A stretch of DNA of 15,493 bases, from the NCBI GenBank assembly GCA_964447495.1, contig CAYUTF010000008.1, positions 6,935 to 22,427 of the forward strand. The letters run 5' to 3'. The DNA comes from an uncultured archaeon (lineage in GTDB: Archaea; Asgardarchaeota; Lokiarchaeia; Sigyniarchaeales; SOKP01). Position numbers and translations under genes: made by a program. Below, one piece after another: positions 1 to 7,338 of the stretch (position 1 is the stretch's first letter; each line of letters begins with the position of its first letter). The notes under the pieces are model-generated. The model saw only the letters and a list, made by a program, of their open reading frames with translations. It did not search any database and was not told the DNA's origin.

Positions 1-180
1 ATAAGGTCAATAAATATGCTTGAAGAGAGATGTCCACATTTAGAAGGAGATCGGCCAGGAGAGTATTCTTGTAGGATACATCATTATGAATGGTTCAGGG
101 ATACACCTTGCGGACAATACAATTCAGACGGTTGTGGATTAGGAGAATACATCATTAGTAATAGTAAGAAGGATGATTGA
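1..180 (+). CDS. Cys-rich hypothetical protein, probably 5'-truncated (YkgJ-like cysteine cluster motif)
   Basis: Frame 1 is open from base 1 to TGA 178-180: IRSINMLEERCPHLEGDRPGEYSCRIHHYEWFRDTPCGQYNSDGCGLGEY...; CPHL...CxIH...C pattern; overlaps next ATG at 173. Not in the ORF track. Confidence 0.6.
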   Translation: MRSINMLEERCPHLEGDRPGEYSCRIHHYEWFRDTPCGQYNSDGCGLGEYIISNSKKDD

Positions 181-445
181 TAGAGTGACTGGTTCAAAAC
201 AGAAAAGAGTTATTCGTATTCATGATGATGGACCATTTGAGATATGTGAATATGAACAAAGATATTTTCTTGAAATAGCAATATGGAAATCATCAGAAAA
301 AGTATCAGGATGGTTGTTGCAGTGGGTTAGAAAAGAAGATGGAAAACCTCTTTCGTTCAAAAGAAGATGTGATGCAAGTAGATATGCAGGAAAACATTTT
401 AAAGACTACGAAAAACAACACTGGACAATATCTTGTGGTAAATAA
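173..445 (+). CDS. hypothetical protein
   Basis: 90-aa ORF coupled to the upstream ORF. Confidence 0.65.
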   Translation: MIDRVTGSKQKRVIRIHDDGPFEICEYEQRYFLEIAIWKSSEKVSGWLLQWVRKEDGKPLSFKRRCDASRYAGKHFKDYEKQHWTISCGK

Positions 446-464
446 AGAATAAAATAAAGAATAA
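441..464. repeat. 12-bp tandem duplication AATAAAGAATAA x2 (UP-element position)
   Basis: 441-452 and 453-464 are identical and lie just upstream of TTGACA at 472. Confidence 0.75.
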
Positions 465-470
465 AAAAGT

Positions 471-502
471 GTTGACAAACTATTGAGAACTAGATAATAT
501 AT
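471..502 (+). promoter_or_regulatory. sigma70-type promoter P1
   Basis: TTGACA 472-477, 17-bp spacer, TAATAT 495-500. Intergenic with A-rich upstream tract. Same extended motif at 5113 and 14141. Confidence 0.75.
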
Positions 503-576
503 TTACTTGATAAAAATATAATAATATTGAATCGATAGGAAATATAAGGAATAAACAATATTTAGGAGATAATAAA

Positions 577-711
577 ATGGATGCTGCAATCATAATTATA
601 GTGCTTTTAGCTGTAGGCTTTCTTGTAGCAGTTAGAATAGTTGGGATTAATAAGGGGGAGAAGAACCCAGAAGAAGATGAAGATTGTCAAGAAGATGAGT
701 CAAGAAGATGA
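577..711 (+). CDS. small single-pass membrane protein with acidic tail (44 aa)
   Basis: AGGAG 564-568, ATG 577; MDAAIIIIVLLAVGFLVAVRIVGINKGEKNPEEDEDCQEDESRR*; first ORF after P1; below the ORF-track cutoff. Confidence 0.7.
   Translation: MDAAIIIIVLLAVGFLVAVRIVGINKGEKNPEEDEDCQEDESRR
686..711. repeat. 13-bp tandem duplication GTCAAGAAGATGA x2
   Basis: 686-698 and 699-711 are identical. Confidence 0.85.
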
Positions 712-750
712 TGTTGGAGATAAAGAAGAATAGAGTATGGAGATAGAGTT

Positions 751-921
751 TTGAAACGATACGTATTTTATGTAGACACAGGGAATACAAGTGATTTGTC
801 TCCTAAAGCAAAAGCTCGTCTTGAAAAGATAAGAAGCAAATATGAAAATAAAGAAGTTGATTTTAACAGTAATCTTATTGGTACAGATGATCATATAGAT
901 GATGAAAAGGGGAAAAATTAA
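751..921 (+). CDS. 56-aa protein with a motif resembling the T4-like portal (gp20) clip segment
   Basis: GGAG 739-742, TTG 751, TAA 919-921 overlapping the next ATG (TAATG); MKRYVFYVDTGNTSDLSPKAKARLEKIRSKYENKEVDFNSNLIGTDDHIDDEKGKN*; below the ORF-track cutoff. Confidence 0.6.
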   Translation: MKRYVFYVDTGNTSDLSPKAKARLEKIRSKYENKEVDFNSNLIGTDDHIDDEKGKN

Positions 922-1139
922 TGAGTATTTGGAATGTTGAGAGTATTTTAGAAGAGAAGTTTCATGAGAAGAATGGAAGAGTTGGTAAAGTGTTTGGGGT
1001 AGAGATAACAACTAGGTTTTCTAAGGAAGCGCTGGTTGGTATGATAGCTATGTTGGCTGATATGATGAAAGAGAAAGAAGAAGATGCAGGAAGACATCAT
1101 GAGATGATGTCATTTTTTCAAGCAAATAAACATGGGTAG
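921..1139 (+). CDS. hypothetical protein
   Basis: 72-aa ORF, AAGGGG upstream, TAATG coupling. Confidence 0.7.
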   Translation: MSIWNVESILEEKFHEKNGRVGKVFGVEITTRFSKEALVGMIAMLADMMKEKEEDAGRHHEMMSFFQANKHG

Positions 1140-1515
1140 AAAGAAGAAAGAAAAAGTTGAAAGTGGTCAGCATCCATTTTGGGCATTGTTATCAGAGTTG
1201 AAGGCTGAAGAGTTTGATAAGAATGTGATGCTTTCTATTGGTGATATAGAGGCTAGATTAATTGCCACTTGGCCAAAAGTTACAAGAACAGTACTTAGTA
1301 CGCCTTTTGAGAATATAAATATTCATATGGCATGGAACTATATTGATTTTTATGCAGGTGGTTGGGCTAGGTTGGCTTTTGTTGATGATGATGTTATATG
1401 GAGTAGGTGGCAAGGATTAGCCAATACAAAGTTAATATATCCTGATGGGACATATCCTGATGAAGTTAGAACTGTATTGTTGGCTAAGGCAGATGCTTTG
1501 GCTAAGTTGAAATGA
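1132..1515 (+). CDS. hypothetical protein
   Basis: 127-aa ORF overlapping the upstream stop; globular-looking composition. Confidence 0.75.
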   Translation: MGRKKKEKVESGQHPFWALLSELKAEEFDKNVMLSIGDIEARLIATWPKVTRTVLSTPFENINIHMAWNYIDFYAGGWARLAFVDDDVIWSRWQGLANTKLIYPDGTYPDEVRTVLLAKADALAKLK

Positions 1516-1550
1516 TTGATTTTTTTGAAGAATTATATGAAGGTGGTAAT

Positions 1551-1700
1551 ATGCAAGAAGTAATAAATTTGCTTTTGATGAGTGTTTTTACTTTTATTAT
1601 TGGGGCTATAGTTGGATTGATTATTGGTGGGATAGTGAAACGAACTCGAGTTCGCAAAGCAAGAAATGAGTTGAAAGATGAACAAAGAAAATTGTTGTAG
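1551..1700 (+). CDS. small membrane protein (ORF open from 1512)
   Basis: AGGTGG 1541-1546 before ATG 1551; hydrophobic helix with GxxxG motifs followed by basic KRTRVRK. Confidence 0.65.
   Translation: MQEVINLLLMSVFTFIIGAIVGLIIGGIVKRTRVRKARNELKDEQRKLL
1641..1658. repeat. dispersed palindromic element copy 1 (CGAACTCGAGTTCGCAAA)
   Basis: 14-bp perfect palindrome 1641-1654; exact 18-mer also at 5580-5597 and 11438-11455. Confidence 0.9.
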
Positions 1701-1968
1701 TTTAAGAATAGATGATATGAAGGGGTCATTTTTGTGTAAGGCTACAGAAGATCTTGGATCTGGTCAGATGAGATGTATTGGGTTTAAGCGTGATGATAAA
1801 GAAGGATGTAGTAATGGATGTAAGTATAATATTATGTTTTCATGTCATAATATTGAGTTGCAATTGAAAACATTAGATGAATTGATAGAAAAATTGGGTG
1901 TTTTAAAGGGACAATTGGTTATAGAATTTGGTAAAAAGATGTATGAGCAAGTAAATGGTAATTCATAA
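1678..1968 (+). CDS. Cys-rich hypothetical protein
   Basis: 96-aa ORF, several Cys then a helical C-terminus. Confidence 0.65.
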   Translation: MNKENCCSLRIDDMKGSFLCKATEDLGSGQMRCIGFKRDDKEGCSNGCKYNIMFSCHNIELQLKTLDELIEKLGVLKGQLVIEFGKKMYEQVNGNS

Positions 1969-2167
1969 TGTGGTCTGTGATGGGTGTGGGAAAGAATGTG
2001 TTGGATTTCCTCCTCTTGAATTGAATAAGAGGGGGAGCAATAGGGATAAACTACATAAGATACGGTATATGTATTCTCTTTGTGGGTGGAGAGTGAACCT
2101 TCCTGGTGGAAAAGATTATTGTCCAGAATGTTGGGAGAAGATGAAAGATGAAGAAAAGCATTTTTGA
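1955..2167 (+). CDS. zinc-ribbon hypothetical protein
   Basis: CDGCG...KDYCPEC. Confidence 0.7.
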   Translation: MVIHNVVCDGCGKECVGFPPLELNKRGSNRDKLHKIRYMYSLCGWRVNLPGGKDYCPECWEKMKDEEKHF

Positions 2168-2432
2168 TATAAAACAAGATCGGCCTGCAAAGAGAATACA
2201 ACAGGCTCTTTATAAAGAGAGAGACAAAGATGGAAGTAAATTGTTGTCACCATTAGAATGGCAACAGGCTGAAATAAATGTATTATGGAATGTCGTGAAT
2301 GATGAGAGAAAGAAGATTGGGAAGGGGCCAATTAGAATAACTAGAATAGAGGATGTTGAAAAAACTGCCTTTGGTCATATTGATTATGTACATAAAATAG
2401 CAATCTATTGTGAAGAATTGGTTTATGAGTAA
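2148..2432 (+). CDS. hypothetical phage protein
   Basis: 94-aa ORF with GHIDYVHKIAIYCEEL C-terminal motif. Confidence 0.7.
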   Translation: MKKSIFDIKQDRPAKRIQQALYKERDKDGSKLLSPLEWQQAEINVLWNVVNDERKKIGKGPIRITRIEDVEKTAFGHIDYVHKIAIYCEELVYE

Positions 2433-2435
2433 GTT

Positions 2436-2651
2436 ATGAAAAGGAGATTTGATATAGGTGATTCTGTAATAGTTGATGATGAAAATTCTATATTGAATCA
2501 AAGGCATGGTTTTGTTAGTGGATATAATGAATCACGTGGTTATTATGTTGAATTCAAGAAAACAATAACGATAATAGGTGGAAAGAATTTTTATTATTCT
2601 TGGTTTAAAGATGAACAATTGAGGGATGGAAAAGGACCATGTCTTTATTGA
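2436..2651 (+). CDS. small beta-barrel (SH3/KOW-like) hypothetical protein
   Basis: FDIGDSVIV...GFVSGY...YYVEF pattern. Confidence 0.6.
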   Translation: MKRRFDIGDSVIVDDENSILNQRHGFVSGYNESRGYYVEFKKTITIIGGKNFYYSWFKDEQLRDGKGPCLY

Positions 2652-3167
2652 TTGGAGAAAAAGATGAATAAAGTTGTGAAATTAGAAGAATTGTCATTAG
2701 AAGAATTAATAAAGTATCATAATAGAAAGATGCTTGAAATGTTCAATTTAGTTGAGTCTTTATTGAACAAGGCAGCGTGCAAGAGATCAGATGGGGATAT
2801 TATTTGGGTTCATCCGATTGAGTTTGTAAGACTTTATACGTCTATAGAAGAATTGAATGAAAAAATTCGTCTTATATTGAAAGAGAATTCTATTTTAAGA
2901 GACAAAAAAATAAGGGAAGATGCAATTTTGACTTCTCAAGCAATGCGAGTTTCAGAAAGTGTTGCTGAAGAACTTACGGAATTAAGAAATAAAATTGTTT
3001 TTTTTAAAAATATAATAAAGTTAGTTGATGAATTAGATGTTGATTGTAAAATTTTTAATAAAATTATAGAGATGTATACAAAAAAAGGTTTTAAGATTGA
3101 TTCCTTTATGGAAGATTTGATTAAATTTTGGCATAATGGTAAGTATGCTGTAAATAAACATATTTAA
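2652..3167 (+). CDS. helical/coiled-coil hypothetical protein (start possibly ATG 2664)
   Basis: 171-aa ORF, L/I/E/K-rich; GGAG precedes ATG 2664. Confidence 0.7.
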   Translation: MEKKMNKVVKLEELSLEELIKYHNRKMLEMFNLVESLLNKAACKRSDGDIIWVHPIEFVRLYTSIEELNEKIRLILKENSILRDKKIREDAILTSQAMRVSESVAEELTELRNKIVFFKNIIKLVDELDVDCKIFNKIIEMYTKKGFKIDSFMEDLIKFWHNGKYAVNKHI

Positions 3168-3189
3168 AGTATAATGGAGTCTGGTTAAC

Positions 3190-3537
3190 ATGATAATAGT
3201 TGCAATAGTTTGTGATAATTGTGGGCGTCAATACAGTCAAAGAGAATTCAAGGAAGATATTGTTGATGATTTGCTTGATGCTATCGAGACAAGAGGAATT
3301 AACAAGGATTTATGTAATGATTGTTCATTGGAAATATCTAAAGATAAACCAATGTGGGAAGATATTACTCTTGCAGAAGGAATAGATATACGGTTGTGTA
3401 GGGCACCATCGATAAAATCTATGGCTTTTGAATGTTCGAAGAGTGTTTTTGAAAAAGATGCTGATATTTGTAAATATTATTGTGACAGAGAGATTGGTGA
3501 TACAGAATTTGGTCTTTGTTTATTCAAAGATGAATAA
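3190..3537 (+). CDS. Cys-rich zinc-binding hypothetical protein
   Basis: GGAG upstream; CDNCG...KDLCNDC plus a second Cys cluster. Confidence 0.75.
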   Translation: MIIVAIVCDNCGRQYSQREFKEDIVDDLLDAIETRGINKDLCNDCSLEISKDKPMWEDITLAEGIDIRLCRAPSIKSMAFECSKSVFEKDADICKYYCDREIGDTEFGLCLFKDE

Positions 3538-3650
3538 AAATAATATAATTTGATGAATAAATATTCGTTATTTTATGGAAACTTCGGGATATAGAAAAAA
3601 CGGATGAAAACTGTGAATAATTATTCATAAAATATAAAAAGAGAGTTGAG

Positions 3651-3872
3651 ATGTTAGATAAAATACGAAAAAGTGATTTAAAGAAAGGTATGTGGGTTGC
3701 TTATATTGCTAATCAAGTAAATTATGGTGGGGAAATAGAAGTTGGAAGAGTGAAAAGTTGGAATGATAAGTTTGTTTTTGTAGTATATAAATGTGCTGAA
3801 AATTGGGATCGGTATGAAGATTATACTGGAGTTGCTACAAAAATAGAGGATTTAGTTAGATGGGAAAGGTAG
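3651..3872 (+). CDS. hypothetical phage protein (SH3-like)
   Basis: 73-aa ORF; LKKGMWVAY...EVGRVKSWNDKFVFVVY. Confidence 0.7.
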   Translation: MLDKIRKSDLKKGMWVAYIANQVNYGGEIEVGRVKSWNDKFVFVVYKCAENWDRYEDYTGVATKIEDLVRWER

Positions 3873-4060
3873 TTAAATGTTGGAAATACATACGTCCATA
3901 TGGTGAATATGAAAAAACAGAATTAGAGATTTTAGCAGAATATTTTGAATGTTGGTCTGCTGAGATGAGAAAGAATGGAAGAGAAGATCTTATTTCTGAA
4001 AAAAGATGTATAGATGATTGGGTTGCTATAAATTGTGCTTGGGAAGTGAAAGATGAATAA
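3860..4060 (+). CDS. hypothetical phage protein
   Basis: GAGGA upstream; 66-aa Trp-rich ORF. Confidence 0.7.
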   Translation: MGKVVKCWKYIRPYGEYEKTELEILAEYFECWSAEMRKNGREDLISEKRCIDDWVAINCAWEVKDE

Positions 4061-4292
4061 AAGAAAAGAAGAAATTTTTGAATCGGTACCTAAATGGGCT
4101 GATTTGTATGAGGTATCTAATGATACGGTTAAGATGAGAAGTTGTGCTGGTCCTTTTTCACCATTAACTAATTCTCATATGATATTAGGTCCACCAATTT
4201 GTACCTTTAGATGTAAAAAATGTATGTCGATATATGATGAAGGTGATGTAATAGGAGACAGAAAGTGTCCAAGTTGTGGATATGGAGGATAG
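4053..4292 (+). CDS. zinc-ribbon hypothetical protein
   Basis: FRCKKC...KCPSCG at the C-terminus; overlaps upstream stop. Confidence 0.7.
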   Translation: MNKRKEEIFESVPKWADLYEVSNDTVKMRSCAGPFSPLTNSHMILGPPICTFRCKKCMSIYDEGDVIGDRKCPSCGYGG

Positions 4293-4557
4293 TTTGAACG
4301 TTAAGGAGGCTAAGAAGGCAAAGAATAAGTGGAAGAAAGTTGCACCATCTATGGGGGAGGATGAAGCTAATGATATATTGTTGTCTTCTATGAAGTGGTT
4401 ATCAAGACATGTTGATGGAGATGTTAAGGAAAGCAGAGAGCTCGGTGAGATGCTTCGTGATAAAGGTATTTGGTATATGTTTGTTGAAGGAGATGAACAG
4501 AGGCCGATATTTAAGACTAAAAGGGGAAAGTTTAGAAGGATGGAATGGCCTAATTGA
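4276..4557 (+). CDS. hypothetical protein (start possibly TTG 4294)
   Basis: GGAGG 4284-4288 precedes in-frame TTG 4294. Confidence 0.65.
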   Translation: MDMEDSLNVKEAKKAKNKWKKVAPSMGEDEANDILLSSMKWLSRHVDGDVKESRELGEMLRDKGIWYMFVEGDEQRPIFKTKRGKFRRMEWPN

Positions 4558-4572
4558 GTAAAGGTTTTTAAG

Positions 4573-4860
4573 ATGGATGGTAAATGGTTGAAAGATTATT
4601 CTTTAGGGCCAGATTGGTTCAAGGAAGGTGTTGATAAGGTTAGAAAAGAGTTTGATGAAAAAAGGCAAATTATATATGAAAAGTATGTTTTTAAGGACCC
4701 TAATAATGGCAAGATTTTATTGATTGATGGTAAGGTTCATTTGTCGAAAGGTGCTGAAAAGAAATATACTAATGAAATGTCAGAAGCTGTTAAGAAATAT
4801 GATGAAGAAATTAATTTGTTGAAAGATAAATTATTTATTTATTTTTCATTGATATGGTGA
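4573..4860 (+). CDS. hypothetical protein
   Basis: AAGGT upstream; 95-aa charged helical ORF. Confidence 0.7.
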   Translation: MDGKWLKDYSLGPDWFKEGVDKVRKEFDEKRQIIYEKYVFKDPNNGKILLIDGKVHLSKGAEKKYTNEMSEAVKKYDEEINLLKDKLFIYFSLIW

Positions 4861-4867
4861 AAATAAG

Positions 4868-5113
4868 ATGAATAAGATAGATTGGCCTAGTGGTAAAAAG
4901 ATGCATGTTCAGAATATTGTTCTTGTACCACCTAATGGACGTCATGTTCATTCTGAATTGGTGGAAGAGGCTTACAAAGAATATTGTCAGATGTTTGGAA
5001 AAAATCAAACGTTAGAAAGGTTACAAGAGAGGGGTGGATTTGATATAGTTGAATTGGCTACTTTTTTGTATATGAGGATAAAGAGACTTGAGCAAGATGT
5101 TGCAAAAAAATAG
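4868..5113 (+). CDS. hypothetical phage protein
   Basis: 81 aa; QTLERLQERGGF motif. Confidence 0.7.
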   Translation: MNKIDWPSGKKMHVQNIVLVPPNGRHVHSELVEEAYKEYCQMFGKNQTLERLQERGGFDIVELATFLYMRIKRLEQDVAKK

Positions 5114-5143
5114 TTGACAAATTCTATATTATATATAATATAT
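5113..5143 (+). promoter_or_regulatory. sigma70-type promoter P2
   Basis: TTGACA 5114-5119, TAATAT 5136-5141 (16-bp spacer; overlapping TATAAT 5134-5139), directly after a stop codon. Confidence 0.7.
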
Positions 5144-5246
5144 CTGTATGGATTTCCAGTTAGATTCTGGATGTGGAGTGAAAATGAAAAATGAAAATAG
5201 ACAACATGAGTATCGTCCAGATGGATGGTTTTAGGTATCAGATTAG

Positions 5247-5570
5247 ATGATTTCTTATTTTAGAAATATATATATTATTCATATTCTTATTGTTTTTTTA
5301 TGGTTGTTGAATTTTCTTGATGCTGTTTTTACGTGGTATTGGTTGAACAATGGTGAAGAAGAGTTGAACTGGATTATGAGGATATTATTTGATGTTCATC
5401 CAATTTTGTTTTTTGTTTGCAAGGTAGGTTTTGTGACTATTTTTTTGATAATGTTGAAAAGGTGGTCGAAAGAATATTTTCTTGCCAGAGTAGGAATTGT
5501 ATTGTGTTCTGTTGTCTATTCTTTTGTTATTTTATGGCATTTTTGTGGTGTATATTTGTGTTTTAGGTGA
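5247..5570 (+). CDS. multi-pass membrane protein, DUF5658-like
   Basis: Three hydrophobic helices; LNFLDAVFT...GEEELNWIM resembles the recalled N-x-x-D-x-x-x-T...E-x-N-P-x-M family motif. Confidence 0.7.
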   Translation: MISYFRNIYIIHILIVFLWLLNFLDAVFTWYWLNNGEEELNWIMRILFDVHPILFFVCKVGFVTIFLIMLKRWSKEYFLARVGIVLCSVVYSFVILWHFCGVYLCFR

Positions 5571-5576
5571 TTAGGA

Positions 5577-5597
5577 TTGCGAACTCGAGTTCGCAAA
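5577..5597. repeat. dispersed palindromic element copy 2
   Basis: 20-bp perfect palindrome TTGCGAACTCGAGTTCGCAA 5577-5596, intergenic, directly before GAGG RBS 5599-5602. Confidence 0.9.
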
Positions 5598-5607
5598 AGA
5601 GGATAAA

Positions 5608-5955
5608 ATGTATTCAGATGGATATGTAGTAAGAGAAGAAATAGGTAAAAAGAGTGATGATGTTGCTCGGTATATTCCTATGAATTGTGAGACAATTCAG
5701 ATTGTTCTTTATGTTGGATGTGGTTGTGAAGATAATATATTTGATATTATTGAAGGTAAGCCATGTTTATTTGTTAGAAAGAATAAAAAAGCTACTATGT
5801 ATCTTCAGCGTATAATTGATTCTTGTTATACGTTTGACATTATTGCTTTTCAAAAGAATGGAGATGATTATTGTGATGAAGTGATGGTTGTTAAGGAAGG
5901 ATGTATACCATGGCATAATGATAATCCATCATTAAATCGTAGTTATCATAAATAA
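5608..5955 (+). CDS. hypothetical protein
   Basis: GAGGA RBS, 115-aa ORF. Confidence 0.7.
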   Translation: MYSDGYVVREEIGKKSDDVARYIPMNCETIQIVLYVGCGCEDNIFDIIEGKPCLFVRKNKKATMYLQRIIDSCYTFDIIAFQKNGDDYCDEVMVVKEGCIPWHNDNPSLNRSYHK

Positions 5956-5967
5956 TGGAGGAGAATA

Positions 5968-6216
5968 ATGTTTGATATATTTAGAAAGCCACATAATGAT
6001 AAAAAATATAGGCAGGTTTTTCTTGGTTACAATGATAGACGATTGGTGGGATGGGTAGATAACAGAATGGCCATGAAGAGGAATTTGGTTAGAGTGAAGG
6101 GATATGATGGTGTATGGGAGATACTTGAAGTATTTGATGATGTAATAGTGGATGATGGGAATTTGGATACTTTATCTTCTGAGTATAGGCATCATAGAGA
6201 AAGAACAGATGTATGA
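5968..6216 (+). CDS. hypothetical phage protein
   Basis: GGAGG RBS, 82-aa ORF. Confidence 0.75.
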   Translation: MFDIFRKPHNDKKYRQVFLGYNDRRLVGWVDNRMAMKRNLVRVKGYDGVWEILEVFDDVIVDDGNLDTLSSEYRHHRERTDV

Positions 6217-6365
6217 TATTTTTAGACCAAAAATATTTTGTAAAAAAGAAAGTTTTAAGAAGTAAAATTTGTACAGATTGTGGTGGTTTTTTTACTAAAA
6301 CTGAAGATGGATATTTATGTAATTCGTGTGGATTTGAGCTTGATAAAGATGGGAGTAGTAAATAA
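6213..6365 (+). CDS. small zinc-ribbon protein (50 aa)
   Basis: ATGA overlap; MIFLDQKYFVKKKVLRSKICTDCGGFFTKTEDGYLCNSCGFELDKDGSSK*; below the ORF-track cutoff. Confidence 0.65.
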   Translation: MIFLDQKYFVKKKVLRSKICTDCGGFFTKTEDGYLCNSCGFELDKDGSSK

Positions 6366-6416
6366 TATTTTTATGGTGTGATTACTATTAAGAACAAATA
6401 ATAGATAGGAATATAA

Positions 6417-6752
6417 GTGTCAAATTTGGAATTAAAATGTGTTGTTACTAGGAAAGAGAAAAAGACTGTTTCTGAAATTTTTTCATTGATTAAAGAACCT
6501 TGGTGTGAGGTTGTAGTTGAAATTAAAAAAATGAATATTAGTGTGGTTTCATATTTTGAGAAAGATGCTGTGGTTTCAAAAATAGATGTTTGGGAAAAGG
6601 CAAATGCACTAGAAGACTTAATTGATGATATAGAATATTATTCTGGTGAAGTTATGCAATTTACTGGAGATGGTGTTTGGTTGAAGTTTAAATTGTCAGA
6701 AGATATACTTAGAAGGGTTTTAGAAAAACTTTTGAGGAAAAACTATGGATAG
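6417..6752 (+). CDS. hypothetical protein
   Basis: AGGA upstream of GTG; 111 aa. Confidence 0.7.
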   Translation: MSNLELKCVVTRKEKKTVSEIFSLIKEPWCEVVVEIKKMNISVVSYFEKDAVVSKIDVWEKANALEDLIDDIEYYSGEVMQFTGDGVWLKFKLSEDILRRVLEKLLRKNYG

Positions 6753-7161
6753 GAAAGAAAGCATAAGAATTCATTGGGATTGGTATGGATATTGTAGGAC
6801 ATGCAAATTTTGGGATAGTCATGAGGATAGAAAGAAACTAGAAGGTAGATGTGATTATGAAAAATCACCTAATTACAATGAAGAAGTATGGAGTGAAGGA
6901 CATTGTAAATGTTGGGAAAGTTTTGATCCTGAAATTGCTAATTTTGTTGTGAATGTAGTTCAAAGAAGACCTAAAAGTGAAGGGGTATGGTTCTATAAGA
7001 ACAATTATGATGGTCATGTAGATTCAGCTCTTGTTGGCAGGAGATATGGAAGGCATAGTGGGCCACTGCAAGTATTTCATGTGGAAAATGATGATTGGTG
7101 TAATTTTGATGCTTTTGAAAAAGCTGAGGTAGCTAGATGGATGGAGAAAGCAAAACCATAA
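6745..7161 (+). CDS. Cys-rich two-domain hypothetical protein
   Basis: GAGGA RBS; CRTCKFW...GRC...CKCWE N-terminal domain followed by a PKSEGVWFY domain. Confidence 0.75.
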   Translation: MDRKESIRIHWDWYGYCRTCKFWDSHEDRKKLEGRCDYEKSPNYNEEVWSEGHCKCWESFDPEIANFVVNVVQRRPKSEGVWFYKNNYDGHVDSALVGRRYGRHSGPLQVFHVENDDWCNFDAFEKAEVARWMEKAKP

Positions 7162-7319
7162 AACTTGAAGCAAAATGTTCGGAGTGTGGAGAATGGTCAG
7201 AAATATCATGGTTTGAGTTTGAATTTTATGCTGGTTATTGGTGGATAGAATCTGGTCCATGTCCACAATGTGGTGAAGCTGTTAGAGTTGATGAATTGAA
7301 GACAAGAAGTAGAAGATGA
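7137..7319 (+). CDS. zinc-ribbon hypothetical protein
   Basis: GAGGT upstream; CSECG...CPQCG. Confidence 0.65.
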   Translation: MDGESKTIKLEAKCSECGEWSEISWFEFEFYAGYWWIESGPCPQCGEAVRVDELKTRSRR

Positions 7320-7338
7320 GCATAAAAGAGCATAAGGA

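Noticed and set aside
5184-5246. Possible TAG recoding joining a 16-aa ORF to 5247..5570
   Set aside because: Recognisable genes are intact in code 11 and TAG terminates dCMP deaminase at its expected end.
7318-7335. GAGCATAA x2 intergenic micro-repeat
   Set aside because: Too short to distinguish from chance or ordinary slippage.
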